From Anaerolineae bacterium (GTDB lineage Bacteria; Chloroflexota; Anaerolineae; Anaerolineales; UBA4823), in the NCBI GenBank assembly GCA_041479245.1, contig JBGOXS010000001.1:77647-141646 (forward strand): a stretch of 64,000 nt of DNA, read 5' to 3'. Shown here piece by piece: positions 37,701 through 45,882 of this stretch. The notes under the pieces were generated by a model. The model worked only from the letters and a program-made list of their open reading frames with translations. It searched no databases and was not told the DNA's origin. The position numbers and the translations under genes are program-made. The number at the start of each line of letters is the position of its first letter. The stretch's first letter is position 1.

Positions 37701-39931
37701 CGAATACGGGTCCCATTCCGTCCAACTTTACCATCCAACCAGCTGCCAGCGCTCTCACCTCTGGTTCAACGTCGTCAGACTCCTTCCCTTACACTGAAGA
37801 GCCATCAAATAATCCAACGGATACTCAGAGTGTAACAGGCATCGAGAAGGCACCTGACGCCAACCCGCTAGAAAATATTCCGAACCTTATCGAGAGTGAT
37901 GGAATCTTGACCATTGAGATAGCCCCCGACGCCGACCTGCTCGAAAACAATTCGGTCCCAATAGAGGGTGATGGTATCTTGGGTGGGTCACCGCGCATGT
38001 ATGCTGTAACGACTCCCTTCCCTGGCACCGCGGGCTACCGCTTTGCCACCGCTTCATGCGATGGTGAGACATTTTACGTGATCGGTGGACAAACCGGCAG
38101 CACGTCGGTCAACGAAGTATGGTTTTATACCCCGGACGGCAACACTTGGACCGCCAAAGCGCCTTTGCCCGCGGCTTCAGCGAATATGCGCGCCGCTTGT
38201 ATCGACGGCAAGATATACGCGGTTGGTGGCTATAGCAGTGGGATCTGGAATAACAATTTCCAGATCTATGACACCCTGATGAATAGCTGGACCATCACCA
38301 CCCAACCATTTACTGGCGCACCGATGGTCGTCGCTTATAATGGCCTTCTGTACGCCATGGGTGGTGCGTCTGGATCCGGCCCAAGCAGCGAAGCCCGAGT
38401 GTACAATCCGGGCTCCGGGCTCTGGTCACCGCTGGCCAATCTACCCACCGCTGCTGACTATTCGGGGGCTGTGGTCTATAAGAATTTAATTTTTATCATC
38501 GGCGGCAGCGGTACAGCTGATGTCCAGGTATACAACCCGGCTGGCAACTCATGGGATAACACCGGGCCTGATCTGCCCGGCCCGCGTATGGACCCTGTTG
38601 TGGGTTGGTATGGCGACCAGATCTACCTGCTGAATGGCGGCGGTAACGGCAGTTACTGGATACCCTATCCAGAAGGATATACGTTGAATGCCTCTACATG
38701 GCCTGCAAGCAGCTGGACGATGATCAGCCCTACAGTGCCCAACCCGAGAGTAGCTCCCGCTTCGGTCTGCGCTGGTAATCGTCTGTGGAATGTGGGAGGA
38801 ACAGTAAATTCGATTGAAGAACGCATCACCCAATATTATGATGCCGGGTTAATGTGCAACCGCACTTACCCGGCCGTGCCGTGGTTGACCGCAGCTCCCC
38901 AGAGCGGTTCTGTGCTCCAGGTCGGGTCAACAGCTGTGAACCTTGGCTTTAATGCCAGCATCGCACCTTACAACAATCCAGACGTCTACCATGCTGTCCT
39001 CAAGCTTAACTCAGACGAACCTAATGTGATCCCAGACATTCCGGTCACCATGATAACTGTCCAGACCAGCATGGCTGTTAGTGTATCGCCCCAGTTTTCC
39101 ACCAAACAGGTCCACCCCGGCAAGTATGCGTCTTACGACTACACAGTCACAAATACCAGTGGGGTAACTGACGACTTCGTCGTTAGCGCTCTGGGTATCT
39201 CTCCGGGTTGGACTGCAGTGATCTATCCTGCCAGCTATACCAACCTGCCCAATAATGGATTAGCTAATTTTAATATCAAGCTGTATGCACCCGCTGCAGC
39301 AAAAGAAGGTGATGAAGGAGTCGTTACTCTGAAAGTGCATGTACATGACAATTCCAACCAGGCTGCTTCGTTCTCAACGATTGGCACCGTCATAATCACA
39401 CCAGCCTCTGCCGATTTCTCAGGCAGCCCGACCTCCGGTCCGTTTCCGCTGACGGTAGCTTTCACCAACCTCTCCACGGGTGACTTTAATACCTGTTTAT
39501 GGAACTTTGGCGATGGCCAGACCAGCAATCAATGCAACTCGGTCAATCATGTTTACCAATCCAAGGGTGTTTATACCGTCTCCCTAACAGTGAATGGCGC
39601 GGGTGGAAGTGATATTGAAACCAAGACCGGCTATATCACGGTCTATACACCAGTCGCAGCTGATTTCTCTGCCAACCCGACCTCCGGTCCGCTTCCGCTG
39701 ACGGTAGCCTTCACCAACCTCTCCACCGGCGACTTCGATACCTGTTCATGGAACTTTGGCGATAACCAGACCAGCAATCTCTGCAGCCCACCCAATCATG
39801 TTTACCAATCCATGGGTGTATATAATGTTACCCTAACAATCAATGGCGGTGGTGGTAGTGATACTGAGACCAAAACTGGTTATATCACGGTGGAAAAGAC
39901 AAGAATTTTCTTACCAGCAGTATTACGATAA
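34748..39931 (+). CDS. Giant secreted multidomain protein: I9-like propeptide, S8 subtilase-like domain with a degenerate active site, CarboxypepD_reg-like Ig domains, Kelch beta-propeller, two PKD domains
   Basis: Signal-like N-terminus. The probable start is the ATG at 34760 (MHNQRS), after ggaggag. The S8 block contains NDGHGLGTHTTGT, NSWG and GTSTAVPHVAG, but the Asp motif reads GIVLASQLTGIQWNHPAL. Kelch-like repeats include YVIGG, IYAVGG, LYAMGG and IFIIGG. Tandem PKD domains contain WNFGDGQTS and WNFGDNQTS. Confidence 0.85.
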   Translation: MEEIMHNQRSFLNRIFSIILTMSMLITFSTPQLATALDGDPPVIVIDGGQPIVETTMDPLTKIESQLLDEIDANGQTDFFVTVSNKTDLSPASLLDSKEAKGQFVLASLEESTRTNQADITKLLAQAGVEFESYYIVNQVLVRGGSRSLALELASLPSVERLSANHTFQIDPLEMSAAEGEQVQGVGTNVAFIKADQVWAMGYTGTGIVLASQLTGIQWNHPALINHYRGWNGSTANHNYNWWDATGTYPNVPNDGHGLGTHTTGTMVGDDGGGNQIGVAPGAKTIHCKSINDNGTASEANILTCFQWFLAPWDLNHLNPDPAMTPDVVDNSWGISGGDNPNFISAINSLQAAGIMVIGRSGNAGPTCQTLDSPGDYDNILTTGAVDSGGAFPGTISNFSSRGPSDIYPASFIPDVMAPGNTIRSSLLGGTYGNMTGTSTAVPHVAGLIALVWQAAPSLKGDIPKTIAAIKSHSVPLTGQAGSNCGGNYTTGPNNDWGVGTIDAKAIVDSVAEGMINGTVTASGSGAPLADVTISAGDFHTTTAADGTFSLSVTNGTYTVNAQKGGWVPQTRTGIVVAVGTTTTLNFSLSLAGQATVNGVVRDGTPGGHTYPLYVKITFTTFGLPVVTAFTNPFTGAYSVNLLRDIPYTATIIPTLPGYTTALVDFIATSNPFTQNFTLQADLTVCDAPGYSNNKVFFENFDLVTAPALPPNWSVAIVTGPTANWRTVTNSSHPLNIQPISNPNMVIFNSYSAGVGEKALLYRNTSTSLTSLSAAFVSFWMYQDTGYSSSQDTVQVAISTNGSTFYLTGPVFQRYSSTPGWVYHQVDISSYAGLGKPSVYIGLFGTSAYGNDIHIDDISINSTCQRLNGGLVSGFVSSSPSGKPIISALVASVARPAEQAYSLGRGEDASLSDGFYQLYSTVAGPQNFTATAIRHQWAEQTVNVVDDSVTRLDLAPTSAWITASPNPVILVITRNTSTNINLILSNTGPIPSNFTIQPAASALTSGSTSSDSFPYTEEPSNNPTDTQSVTGIEKAPDANPLENIPNLIESDGILTIEIAPDADLLENNSVPIEGDGILGGSPRMYAVTTPFPGTAGYRFATASCDGETFYVIGGQTGSTSVNEVWFYTPDGNTWTAKAPLPAASANMRAACIDGKIYAVGGYSSGIWNNNFQIYDTLMNSWTITTQPFTGAPMVVAYNGLLYAMGGASGSGPSSEARVYNPGSGLWSPLANLPTAADYSGAVVYKNLIFIIGGSGTADVQVYNPAGNSWDNTGPDLPGPRMDPVVGWYGDQIYLLNGGGNGSYWIPYPEGYTLNASTWPASSWTMISPTVPNPRVAPASVCAGNRLWNVGGTVNSIEERITQYYDAGLMCNRTYPAVPWLTAAPQSGSVLQVGSTAVNLGFNASIAPYNNPDVYHAVLKLNSDEPNVIPDIPVTMITVQTSMAVSVSPQFSTKQVHPGKYASYDYTVTNTSGVTDDFVVSALGISPGWTAVIYPASYTNLPNNGLANFNIKLYAPAAAKEGDEGVVTLKVHVHDNSNQAASFSTIGTVIITPASADFSGSPTSGPFPLTVAFTNLSTGDFNTCLWNFGDGQTSNQCNSVNHVYQSKGVYTVSLTVNGAGGSDIETKTGYITVYTPVAADFSANPTSGPLPLTVAFTNLSTGDFDTCSWNFGDNQTSNLCSPPNHVYQSMGVYNVTLTINGGGGSDTETKTGYITVEKTRIFLPAVLR
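39410..39900. repeat. Tandem 249-bp intragenic repeat encoding the two PKD domains (~85% nt identity by eye)
   Basis: Unit 1 starts gccgatttctcaggcagcccgacctccggtccg at 39410. Unit 2 starts gctgatttctctgccaacccgacctccggtccg at 39659. Confidence 0.85.
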
Positions 39932-40111
39932 GAGAATATCGGAAAGTGTGCAAATCATCGCTGTGGGATCATAGACATATGTATCTATCCCGGAGGGGAT
40001 CATGTGACGAACGATACAAATGAGAACTCTTATAATCTCCATCCCTCCGGTTAATGGGGAATAGCGCTTTCAAGATAGGAAGCTCCCTATTGGGAGCTCG
40101 GTAAATAAATA

Positions 40112-40150
40112 ACAAACCGCCTCTGCATTTATAAGAGGCGGTTTGTTTAC
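40112..40150 (+). terminator. Rho-independent terminator after the giant gene
   Basis: Perfect 13-bp stem acaaaccgcctct/agaggcggtttgt. A second small hairpin agctccc-tatt-gggagct lies just upstream at 40081-98. Confidence 0.7.
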
Positions 40151-40156
40151 GAAGAT

Positions 40157-40321
40157 ATGATTTTCCTTGATGCTACTGTCAGTTTCGAGAAATTTCCACC
40201 CGCCGTTATATTGAACTACACGCCTGCCCCGTTAGCTAAACTGGCGACCTGGTCTGACCTGCTTATGTTCGACCAATTTCGCAGCCAAGTAGCCGAAGCG
40301 CAGTCCGGGTTCTCATTTTGA
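40157..40321 (+). CDS. Possible 54-aa protein (MIFLDATVSFEKFPPAVILNYTPAPLAKLATWSDLLMFDQFRSQVAEAQSGFSF)
   Basis: Below the ORF-track cutoff. Its last 22 codons are conserved in repeat copy 1 (33835-33900), with 4 of 7 changed codons differing only synonymously at the third position. That suggests past coding constraint. The RBS is weak. Confidence 0.3.
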   Translation: MIFLDATVSFEKFPPAVILNYTPAPLAKLATWSDLLMFDQFRSQVAEAQSGFSF

Positions 40322-40718
40322 TCGGACATATATCCAAGTCAAAATGCCGAGAATGATAAAAACGATAAGGTTAGCGACCAGCGTTTGCTGAACTTTTTCT
40401 AACCATCTAGAAAAGACTTAAGCAGCCCACCAACTTCATCTGTAAGCGCGCCTTCACGATCAGAATGTGGCTGATTCAAAATCTCAGTTCAAATACTGGG
40501 AGCTACTTCTTGGTATTTCACATCGCAACTTACATCTACGGCATTTCAGTTCCAAGATAGGTCTTACTATCAAAGTATTTGAACCAATTCAAGGCATAAA
40601 GAGTCATTGTGTGTTTCTGAACGGCTTCTATATCCGGGTATTTCTCTACACCCCAACCAAGCCATTCCTCAGAAGCCCAGACTGAGGCACACATGATGAG
40701 ATGCTCAGCACCCACCTG
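40252..40718. repeat. Direct repeat copy 2 (partner of 33831-34295)
   Basis: See copy 1. The offset is 6421-6423 bp. This copy carries the intact versions of both flanking small ORFs. Confidence 0.85.
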
Positions 40719-40829
40719 TTTCAAGGATTCTTCGTTCTTCGCCTCGAGTTTATGTTGCTCTTCCTCGGTAAGCTCATACCAGGGCTCTTTGTATTTCAAG
40801 AAAAAGACCTTATAAATCGGTTGTGCCAT
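40536..40829 (-). CDS. Small (97 aa) cytoplasmic protein of unknown function
   Basis: MAQPIYKVFFLKYKEPWYELTEEEQHKLEAKNEES... RBS gaggaggatattttcaATG on the minus strand. The composition is reminiscent of small alpha+beta (Dabb/darcynin-like) proteins, but I cannot assign a family. Confidence 0.6.
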   Translation of the reverse strand: MAQPIYKVFFLKYKEPWYELTEEEQHKLEAKNEESLKQVGAEHLIMCASVWASEEWLGWGVEKYPDIEAVQKHTMTLYALNWFKYFDSKTYLGTEMP

Positions 40830-41277
40830 TGAAAATATCCTCCTCTGAAATGATTTTCGCCTGTACTATGGCAATTATGAGAAAGCCCTCCACCAGGTTT
40901 ATGGAGTGCCCTTATGTTCCCCACCCTGGCAGAGTTAGCTGCTGCGTCAATAACACCTCACTGTTATGAGAGTAGGAAACCAGTTACCTTAGAATACATG
41001 AATTAGGATAAGAAGTCAAGCACATCTGTTTTTGGGCAAAAGGGAAGTAGAAGGAATAACACCTACCTTTCTCTAATAAATTTGATGAATAGAATTACCA
41101 CTCCCACATAATCGAGTAATGTCATCGCTCAATTAGGTCTGGCAGCTCTTAATAAAAAAATGCAGTGAGCACATACAACCATTTTTCCAAATACTCAGCG
41201 AATCAGGTTATATCTGGTGAGCATTATCAATAGATTCCCAATGGGGTTTTTAGGTAAAGAGAACGGGGAAAAATCAA

Positions 41278-41679
41278 TTATTGTCGGTAATATTTGTACA
41301 ATCCAATGAATGCCAGTATGGATGCTATTCCGCTGGGGAAAGGCCGGATCCACGATAGCCCATGAATATTACCGAAAAAAGAGAAAAAGATCGGAATCAA
41401 AAATTCGTGGGATAAGGCCAAGAGACTGGCAATGAATAGATTCCTCGCCATTTGCGATCTCCAGGAAACGGCAATTGCTCCGATTGCGGAGATTATCAAA
41501 AAGGCGCTCACGCAAAGCAAGCTATCAGAAATCTCAGAAAATAAGAGTGCACTTTCAGTTGATCCAAGAATTCCTTTCAAAGAATTTGCATAAACCATAT
41601 CAAGCAAAATTCCACCCAAATAGACGGCAGTTAGCCAGGCGTATAGTCCAACAATTAAGAACCGAAACCGCTCATTCAC
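41278..41679 (-). CDS. Small integral membrane protein (4 TM)
   Basis: 133 aa and hydrophobic, in an AT-rich context. Confidence 0.55.
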   Translation of the reverse strand: MNERFRFLIVGLYAWLTAVYLGGILLDMVYANSLKGILGSTESALLFSEISDSLLCVSAFLIISAIGAIAVSWRSQMARNLFIASLLALSHEFLIPIFFSFFGNIHGLSWIRPFPSGIASILAFIGLYKYYRQ

Positions 41680-42006
41680 ACCTATATTCTACCAAATGGG
41701 ATTATGGATGTTACAACTTGAGAAGGCTTGGATAAAATAATGGGATAGAGCTAACTAATCCAATGGAATAGTTTTCTTTTGTCCAGGTTCGTCTTTTCTC
41801 TCTAAAAGCATACAACAGCCGTTGTATTGTGCGATACACCTGCCCTTGATGCTCGCAAGGTTCCGTAATAAAACCGAGCCCATTTTTTCCTCATTGAATC
41901 CACTGGGGTTGCTCATGAATAATAGAATCAGACCATCTTTAGCGCAATATTTGTAGGAGAGCGTAATTTTTTACTGTAAATCAATCCCAAAATGGAGTGA
42001 TTTAAG

Positions 42007-42035
42007 TTGACTAGAGCGAAAATCAAAACTATAAT
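42007..42035 (+). promoter_or_regulatory. Consensus sigma-70 promoter of the 1199-aa nucleotidase gene
   Basis: TTGACT (42007-12), a 17-nt spacer, then TATAAT (42030-35). It is preceded by GGAGTGATTT. About 200 nt of leader follow. Confidence 0.7.
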
Positions 42036-42125
42036 AAAGTCACGATCTCAACCCAAGAAGTTATTTCACGAATAGAATAAACCTACTGTGAAATTACCAA
42101 TCATTTTCCGCCCGCGATGGTAAAA

Positions 42126-42151
42126 AAGGAAGGAGGTGCCGCGGTTTTTTT
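42126..42151 (+). promoter_or_regulatory. Upstream SD-like box (AAGGAAGGAGGTG) plus U-tract inside the nucleotidase leader
   Basis: aggaggtg at 42131-38 lies 106 nt before the ATG and is followed by ccgcggttttttt. The gene has its own SD (gaggagga) next to the start. Confidence 0.4.
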
Positions 42152-42243
42152 AGAGTAAAAATTCCTGATTAGAATGTGTCAATAAATTAAAATGAGAATT
42201 AAATAATCCATGTAATGGAACAAACTTTAGAGGAGGATGCTCC

Positions 42244-45200
42244 ATGAGGAAAAAAGGATTTGTTACGTTTTTGACATTCATTTTATTAGTAGCATTCATC
42301 GTTCCGTCTGGGGTGTTGGGTGCTACACAGGGGCAAGATGCTGCAGGTACAGATTCAACAATAACATTCACGATTTTACACACCAATGACTTCCATGGTC
42401 AACTGGAAGCAAACAATGCCGATCCTACGAAAGCCAGCAATCCTGGCATGGCACGCACCGCCAAAGTAATCAATACTATTCGGGCGGATAAAGGTGCTGC
42501 CAATGTTCTGCTTGTGGATGCAGGCGATGAAATGCAAGGCAGCTTGCTTTCCAACCTGCAACAAGGCGCTCCAACGATTGCTACATTCAGCGCAATGCTT
42601 TACGACGTCGCCACTTTTGGCAACCACGAGTTCGATTGGGGACAGAGTACATTGAGTACCCGAACTTCTGAAGCCAGTTATCCCTATGTTTCTGCGAATA
42701 TCGTTGTGAATGATACAGCGAACTGTGCTACAGCAGGCTGGACGTCTCCAGCATTTGTCACGGGTGGCCCTTATCAGGTGGTGACCGTTGGTACAGCACC
42801 TAATACCGTTAGAGTTGCCTTCATTGGTGTAACCACGACCGAAACCCCCATCATTACTCTCGCCAGTAACACTGATGGTCTATGCTTCAAAGACCCGGCT
42901 GATTCGATTTTGCACTATTATGACTCCGTTAAAGCAATTTCGGACGTAATTGTTGTATTGAGCCATATTGGTTATACAGACGGTGGTTATGGCTATGGAA
43001 TTCCAGTATACGGTGACCAGACTCTGGCCACAAAATTGAATACTGCTGGAAAACCTGTAAACCTGATCATTGGGGGCCACAGCCACACCAACCTGACTGC
43101 AGCTACAACTGTTGGTACAACCAAAGTCGTACAGGCTTATTACAACGGCCGCAATGTCGGTCAGGCTGATTTTTCGTTCGACACAACCACTCAAGCTGTA
43201 ACAGTTGATTGGAGTGTAATTTCTTGGAAAATCCCACCCACGGGATCCACCACCCCCTTCGGTTGGAAGAAATATTCTGGCACTCCCCCAACCCCGGTTG
43301 ATTTTCTTGATGCAACTAAAGATACTGCCATCGATACGCTCATTACTAACTTTGCCAATGATCCCACCTATCTGACGCTGATCAACACGCCCATCGGTTA
43401 CTCAGCTGTTGATCTACCCCGTCTTGGTGGCACTGTTGATAACATGATGGGCACCTTCGTTGACGATGCCATCTACAAGTATCTGAACACTGATACCGAG
43501 CCCATTAACGACGTTGATATCTTCTTCAACAACGCTGGGGGTATCCGCACTGACTGGTGTTTGAGTGGTACTGCATGGACAACCACCGGATGTACTACTG
43601 GTTTGCACGCACCCACGTTGCTGACCTACGGCAACATGTTCACCATCCTGCCGTTCGGTAATCAGACCATCGTAGGCGATATGACTGGTGCACAAATCCT
43701 CGAAGTGCTAAACAAAGGTCCACAGGTGTCAAACGGTGTGATCCAGCCGGCAGGCATTAAATATAAATATTTTGCGTACAAGGACGCAGTTAACCCACCT
43801 GGATCAGCTTCTTCGCCCTACCTTTACGCCTGGGGTGCCTTCGATTACTGCGTCGTCAATAAATCCAACTCCAGTCAATGCGATCCGTTGGACTTGAATA
43901 AGACTTACCGTGTAGGTACCAATGAGTTCCTGGCACCGGCGGGAGGTGATGGATATGGCGGCTTCAAGTACATGACCAATATCTCCTACTGGGGTGATAT
44001 GCTCAATGCCGTCGATAACTACGTATCAGCTCATTATGGAACCCCTGCAACTGCTTACGCTGGTCCCACCGGTGATGGTTCGCTCGACGGACGCATCACC
44101 CGCGATGGGAATGATACCAGTGGCAGCATCGTCCCCCTCACCATATTGCATCACAACGACTCGCATGGCAACCTGACTAAGGGAACTTTCGTCGGTTATA
44201 CCCAGTTAGCTACGTTGATTAACCAGGAACGCCTTCACAACCCGACTCGCACTCTGCTGCTCGATGGTGGCGACCAAATCCAAGGCGATGCGATGATGTA
44301 TTACTTCAAATCGTCCTACTCCGGTTTTGCTGCCGATGGCACTCCGCTGCCACCCACCGAGGTAACCAACCCGATGATCGCTGCCATGAACTCAATGAAC
44401 TACGATGCCATGACCCTGGGCAACCATGAATTCAATTATGGCAGTGCAGTCTTCGACGGCATCTTCAAACAGGCGCAATTTCCACTGCTGGGTGCCAATG
44501 TATCAGACGCGGGAGCATATGGCTTAGCCACAGTAGGTCCTGGTGGGGAGGGTGTTCTACCCTCGATATCGAAGACCCTCGATGGCATTAAGATCGCCAT
44601 CCTTGGCATCACCAATCACCGCGTACCTAATTATGAGCTCCCCAGCAATATCGTTGGCCTGACTTTCAGTAACCCAATCACAACTGCCGCAGCAGATATA
44701 CCTTCTCTGCGGGCGAATAACGACGTGGTGATCGCTTTAACCCATATCGGCTTTACCACCAACCCCAAGAGCGTCGAAGTAGACAATAACGTAGACACCA
44801 ACCTGGCAGCTGACGTTGCGGGTATTGATGCCATCATCGGCGCCCACAGCCACACCAACCCAGCCAGCCCGGAGACTCCATACAAGCAATTACCAGCCTA
44901 TGTTAGTAGCCCGACTAATACACCGGTGATCATCAATCAGGCTTATCGTTACAACAACACCTTGGGTGAGGTCATATTAGGGGTACGCTCCAAGGCGGGT
45001 GGGGGTTTTGAAGTAGTCAGTCAAGCCGGCCAATATATATCAGTAACCATGAGCACTCCTGAAGATCCAGCTATGAAAGCCTTACTACAGCCCTATGTTG
45101 ACACAATCGCCGCATATAACAACACTGTTGTCGGCCAGACCACCGTACCCATTGACACAATGCTGGCTTTCACCCAAGAGACGAATGGTGCCAACCTGCA

Positions 45201-45843
45201 AGCAGACGCTTCTGTTTGGGAGCTGGCAAATAAAGGCATTACTGATGTTGACTTCCACCTCTCTGGGGCGATGACCAATAAATTGATGGCTGCTGGCGCA
45301 ACTCCTGCCAATCCATATACTTTAAAGATCTCAGATATGTTTGCCGGCATGCCCTACGAGAACAGCCTGGTTGTCATAAGCATGAATGGGCCTCAGCTTA
45401 AAGCAGTGCTGGAACGTGCTTACAGGAACTACTACTACTATAAGTATGTCACCGGCTATGGTGGCTATTCCTACTATACCACCTGCATGATTGACATAAA
45501 CTCAATCGGTGGAATTAGTTATATGGATACCTATCCTGCCTTGCCGAATGGCAATAATGTAAAGTATTTGATAATTAAGAACAAACATGTAGACTTCAAT
45601 GACTGGAGAACGTACTACAATGTCTCCACTGTGAACTACCTGGCAGCAGGGTCCTGTAACTTCAACGATAATGGTGTCAGCTTGTGGCCACTCAGCCAGA
45701 TAGTGCACGACACACAGTATTATGTCCGCGATGCAGTGATTGACTATATCAAATATAAGGGCATCGTGTCGCCTGCCATCGAAGGCCGGTTGTTTTTCTA
45801 TACGACTTTCTACCCATTATTCTTCCCATTAGTAGGGAGGTAA
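42244..45843 (+). CDS. Secreted tandem-duplicated 5'-nucleotidase/2',3'-cyclic phosphodiesterase-type enzyme (two metallophosphatase + 5'-NT_C modules)
   Basis: Signal-like N-terminus. Module 1 has ILHTNDFHGQLE, DAGDEMQGS, GNHEFDWG and GGHSH. Module 2 has ILHHNDSHGNL, DGGDQIQGD, GNHEFNYG and GAHSH. The protein ends in FYPLFFPLVGR. Confidence 0.88.
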   Translation: MRKKGFVTFLTFILLVAFIVPSGVLGATQGQDAAGTDSTITFTILHTNDFHGQLEANNADPTKASNPGMARTAKVINTIRADKGAANVLLVDAGDEMQGSLLSNLQQGAPTIATFSAMLYDVATFGNHEFDWGQSTLSTRTSEASYPYVSANIVVNDTANCATAGWTSPAFVTGGPYQVVTVGTAPNTVRVAFIGVTTTETPIITLASNTDGLCFKDPADSILHYYDSVKAISDVIVVLSHIGYTDGGYGYGIPVYGDQTLATKLNTAGKPVNLIIGGHSHTNLTAATTVGTTKVVQAYYNGRNVGQADFSFDTTTQAVTVDWSVISWKIPPTGSTTPFGWKKYSGTPPTPVDFLDATKDTAIDTLITNFANDPTYLTLINTPIGYSAVDLPRLGGTVDNMMGTFVDDAIYKYLNTDTEPINDVDIFFNNAGGIRTDWCLSGTAWTTTGCTTGLHAPTLLTYGNMFTILPFGNQTIVGDMTGAQILEVLNKGPQVSNGVIQPAGIKYKYFAYKDAVNPPGSASSPYLYAWGAFDYCVVNKSNSSQCDPLDLNKTYRVGTNEFLAPAGGDGYGGFKYMTNISYWGDMLNAVDNYVSAHYGTPATAYAGPTGDGSLDGRITRDGNDTSGSIVPLTILHHNDSHGNLTKGTFVGYTQLATLINQERLHNPTRTLLLDGGDQIQGDAMMYYFKSSYSGFAADGTPLPPTEVTNPMIAAMNSMNYDAMTLGNHEFNYGSAVFDGIFKQAQFPLLGANVSDAGAYGLATVGPGGEGVLPSISKTLDGIKIAILGITNHRVPNYELPSNIVGLTFSNPITTAAADIPSLRANNDVVIALTHIGFTTNPKSVEVDNNVDTNLAADVAGIDAIIGAHSHTNPASPETPYKQLPAYVSSPTNTPVIINQAYRYNNTLGEVILGVRSKAGGGFEVVSQAGQYISVTMSTPEDPAMKALLQPYVDTIAAYNNTVVGQTTVPIDTMLAFTQETNGANLQADASVWELANKGITDVDFHLSGAMTNKLMAAGATPANPYTLKISDMFAGMPYENSLVVISMNGPQLKAVLERAYRNYYYYKYVTGYGGYSYYTTCMIDINSIGGISYMDTYPALPNGNNVKYLIIKNKHVDFNDWRTYYNVSTVNYLAAGSCNFNDNGVSLWPLSQIVHDTQYYVRDAVIDYIKYKGIVSPAIEGRLFFYTTFYPLFFPLVGR

Positions 45844-45882
45844 GTAACAATAAATTGATTTGTGTCTAGGGTATGACCAAGG

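Noticed and set aside
41755-41916. A Cys-rich 53-aa minus-strand ORF (MSNPSGFNEEKMGSVLLRNLASIKGRCIAQYNGCCMLLERKDEPGQKKTIPLD) that might be a RiPP-like precursor.
   Set aside because: It has no Shine-Dalgarno sequence and no adjacent modification, export or immunity genes. It lies in the promoter-upstream region of the nucleotidase gene, and it is short enough to be a chance ORF.
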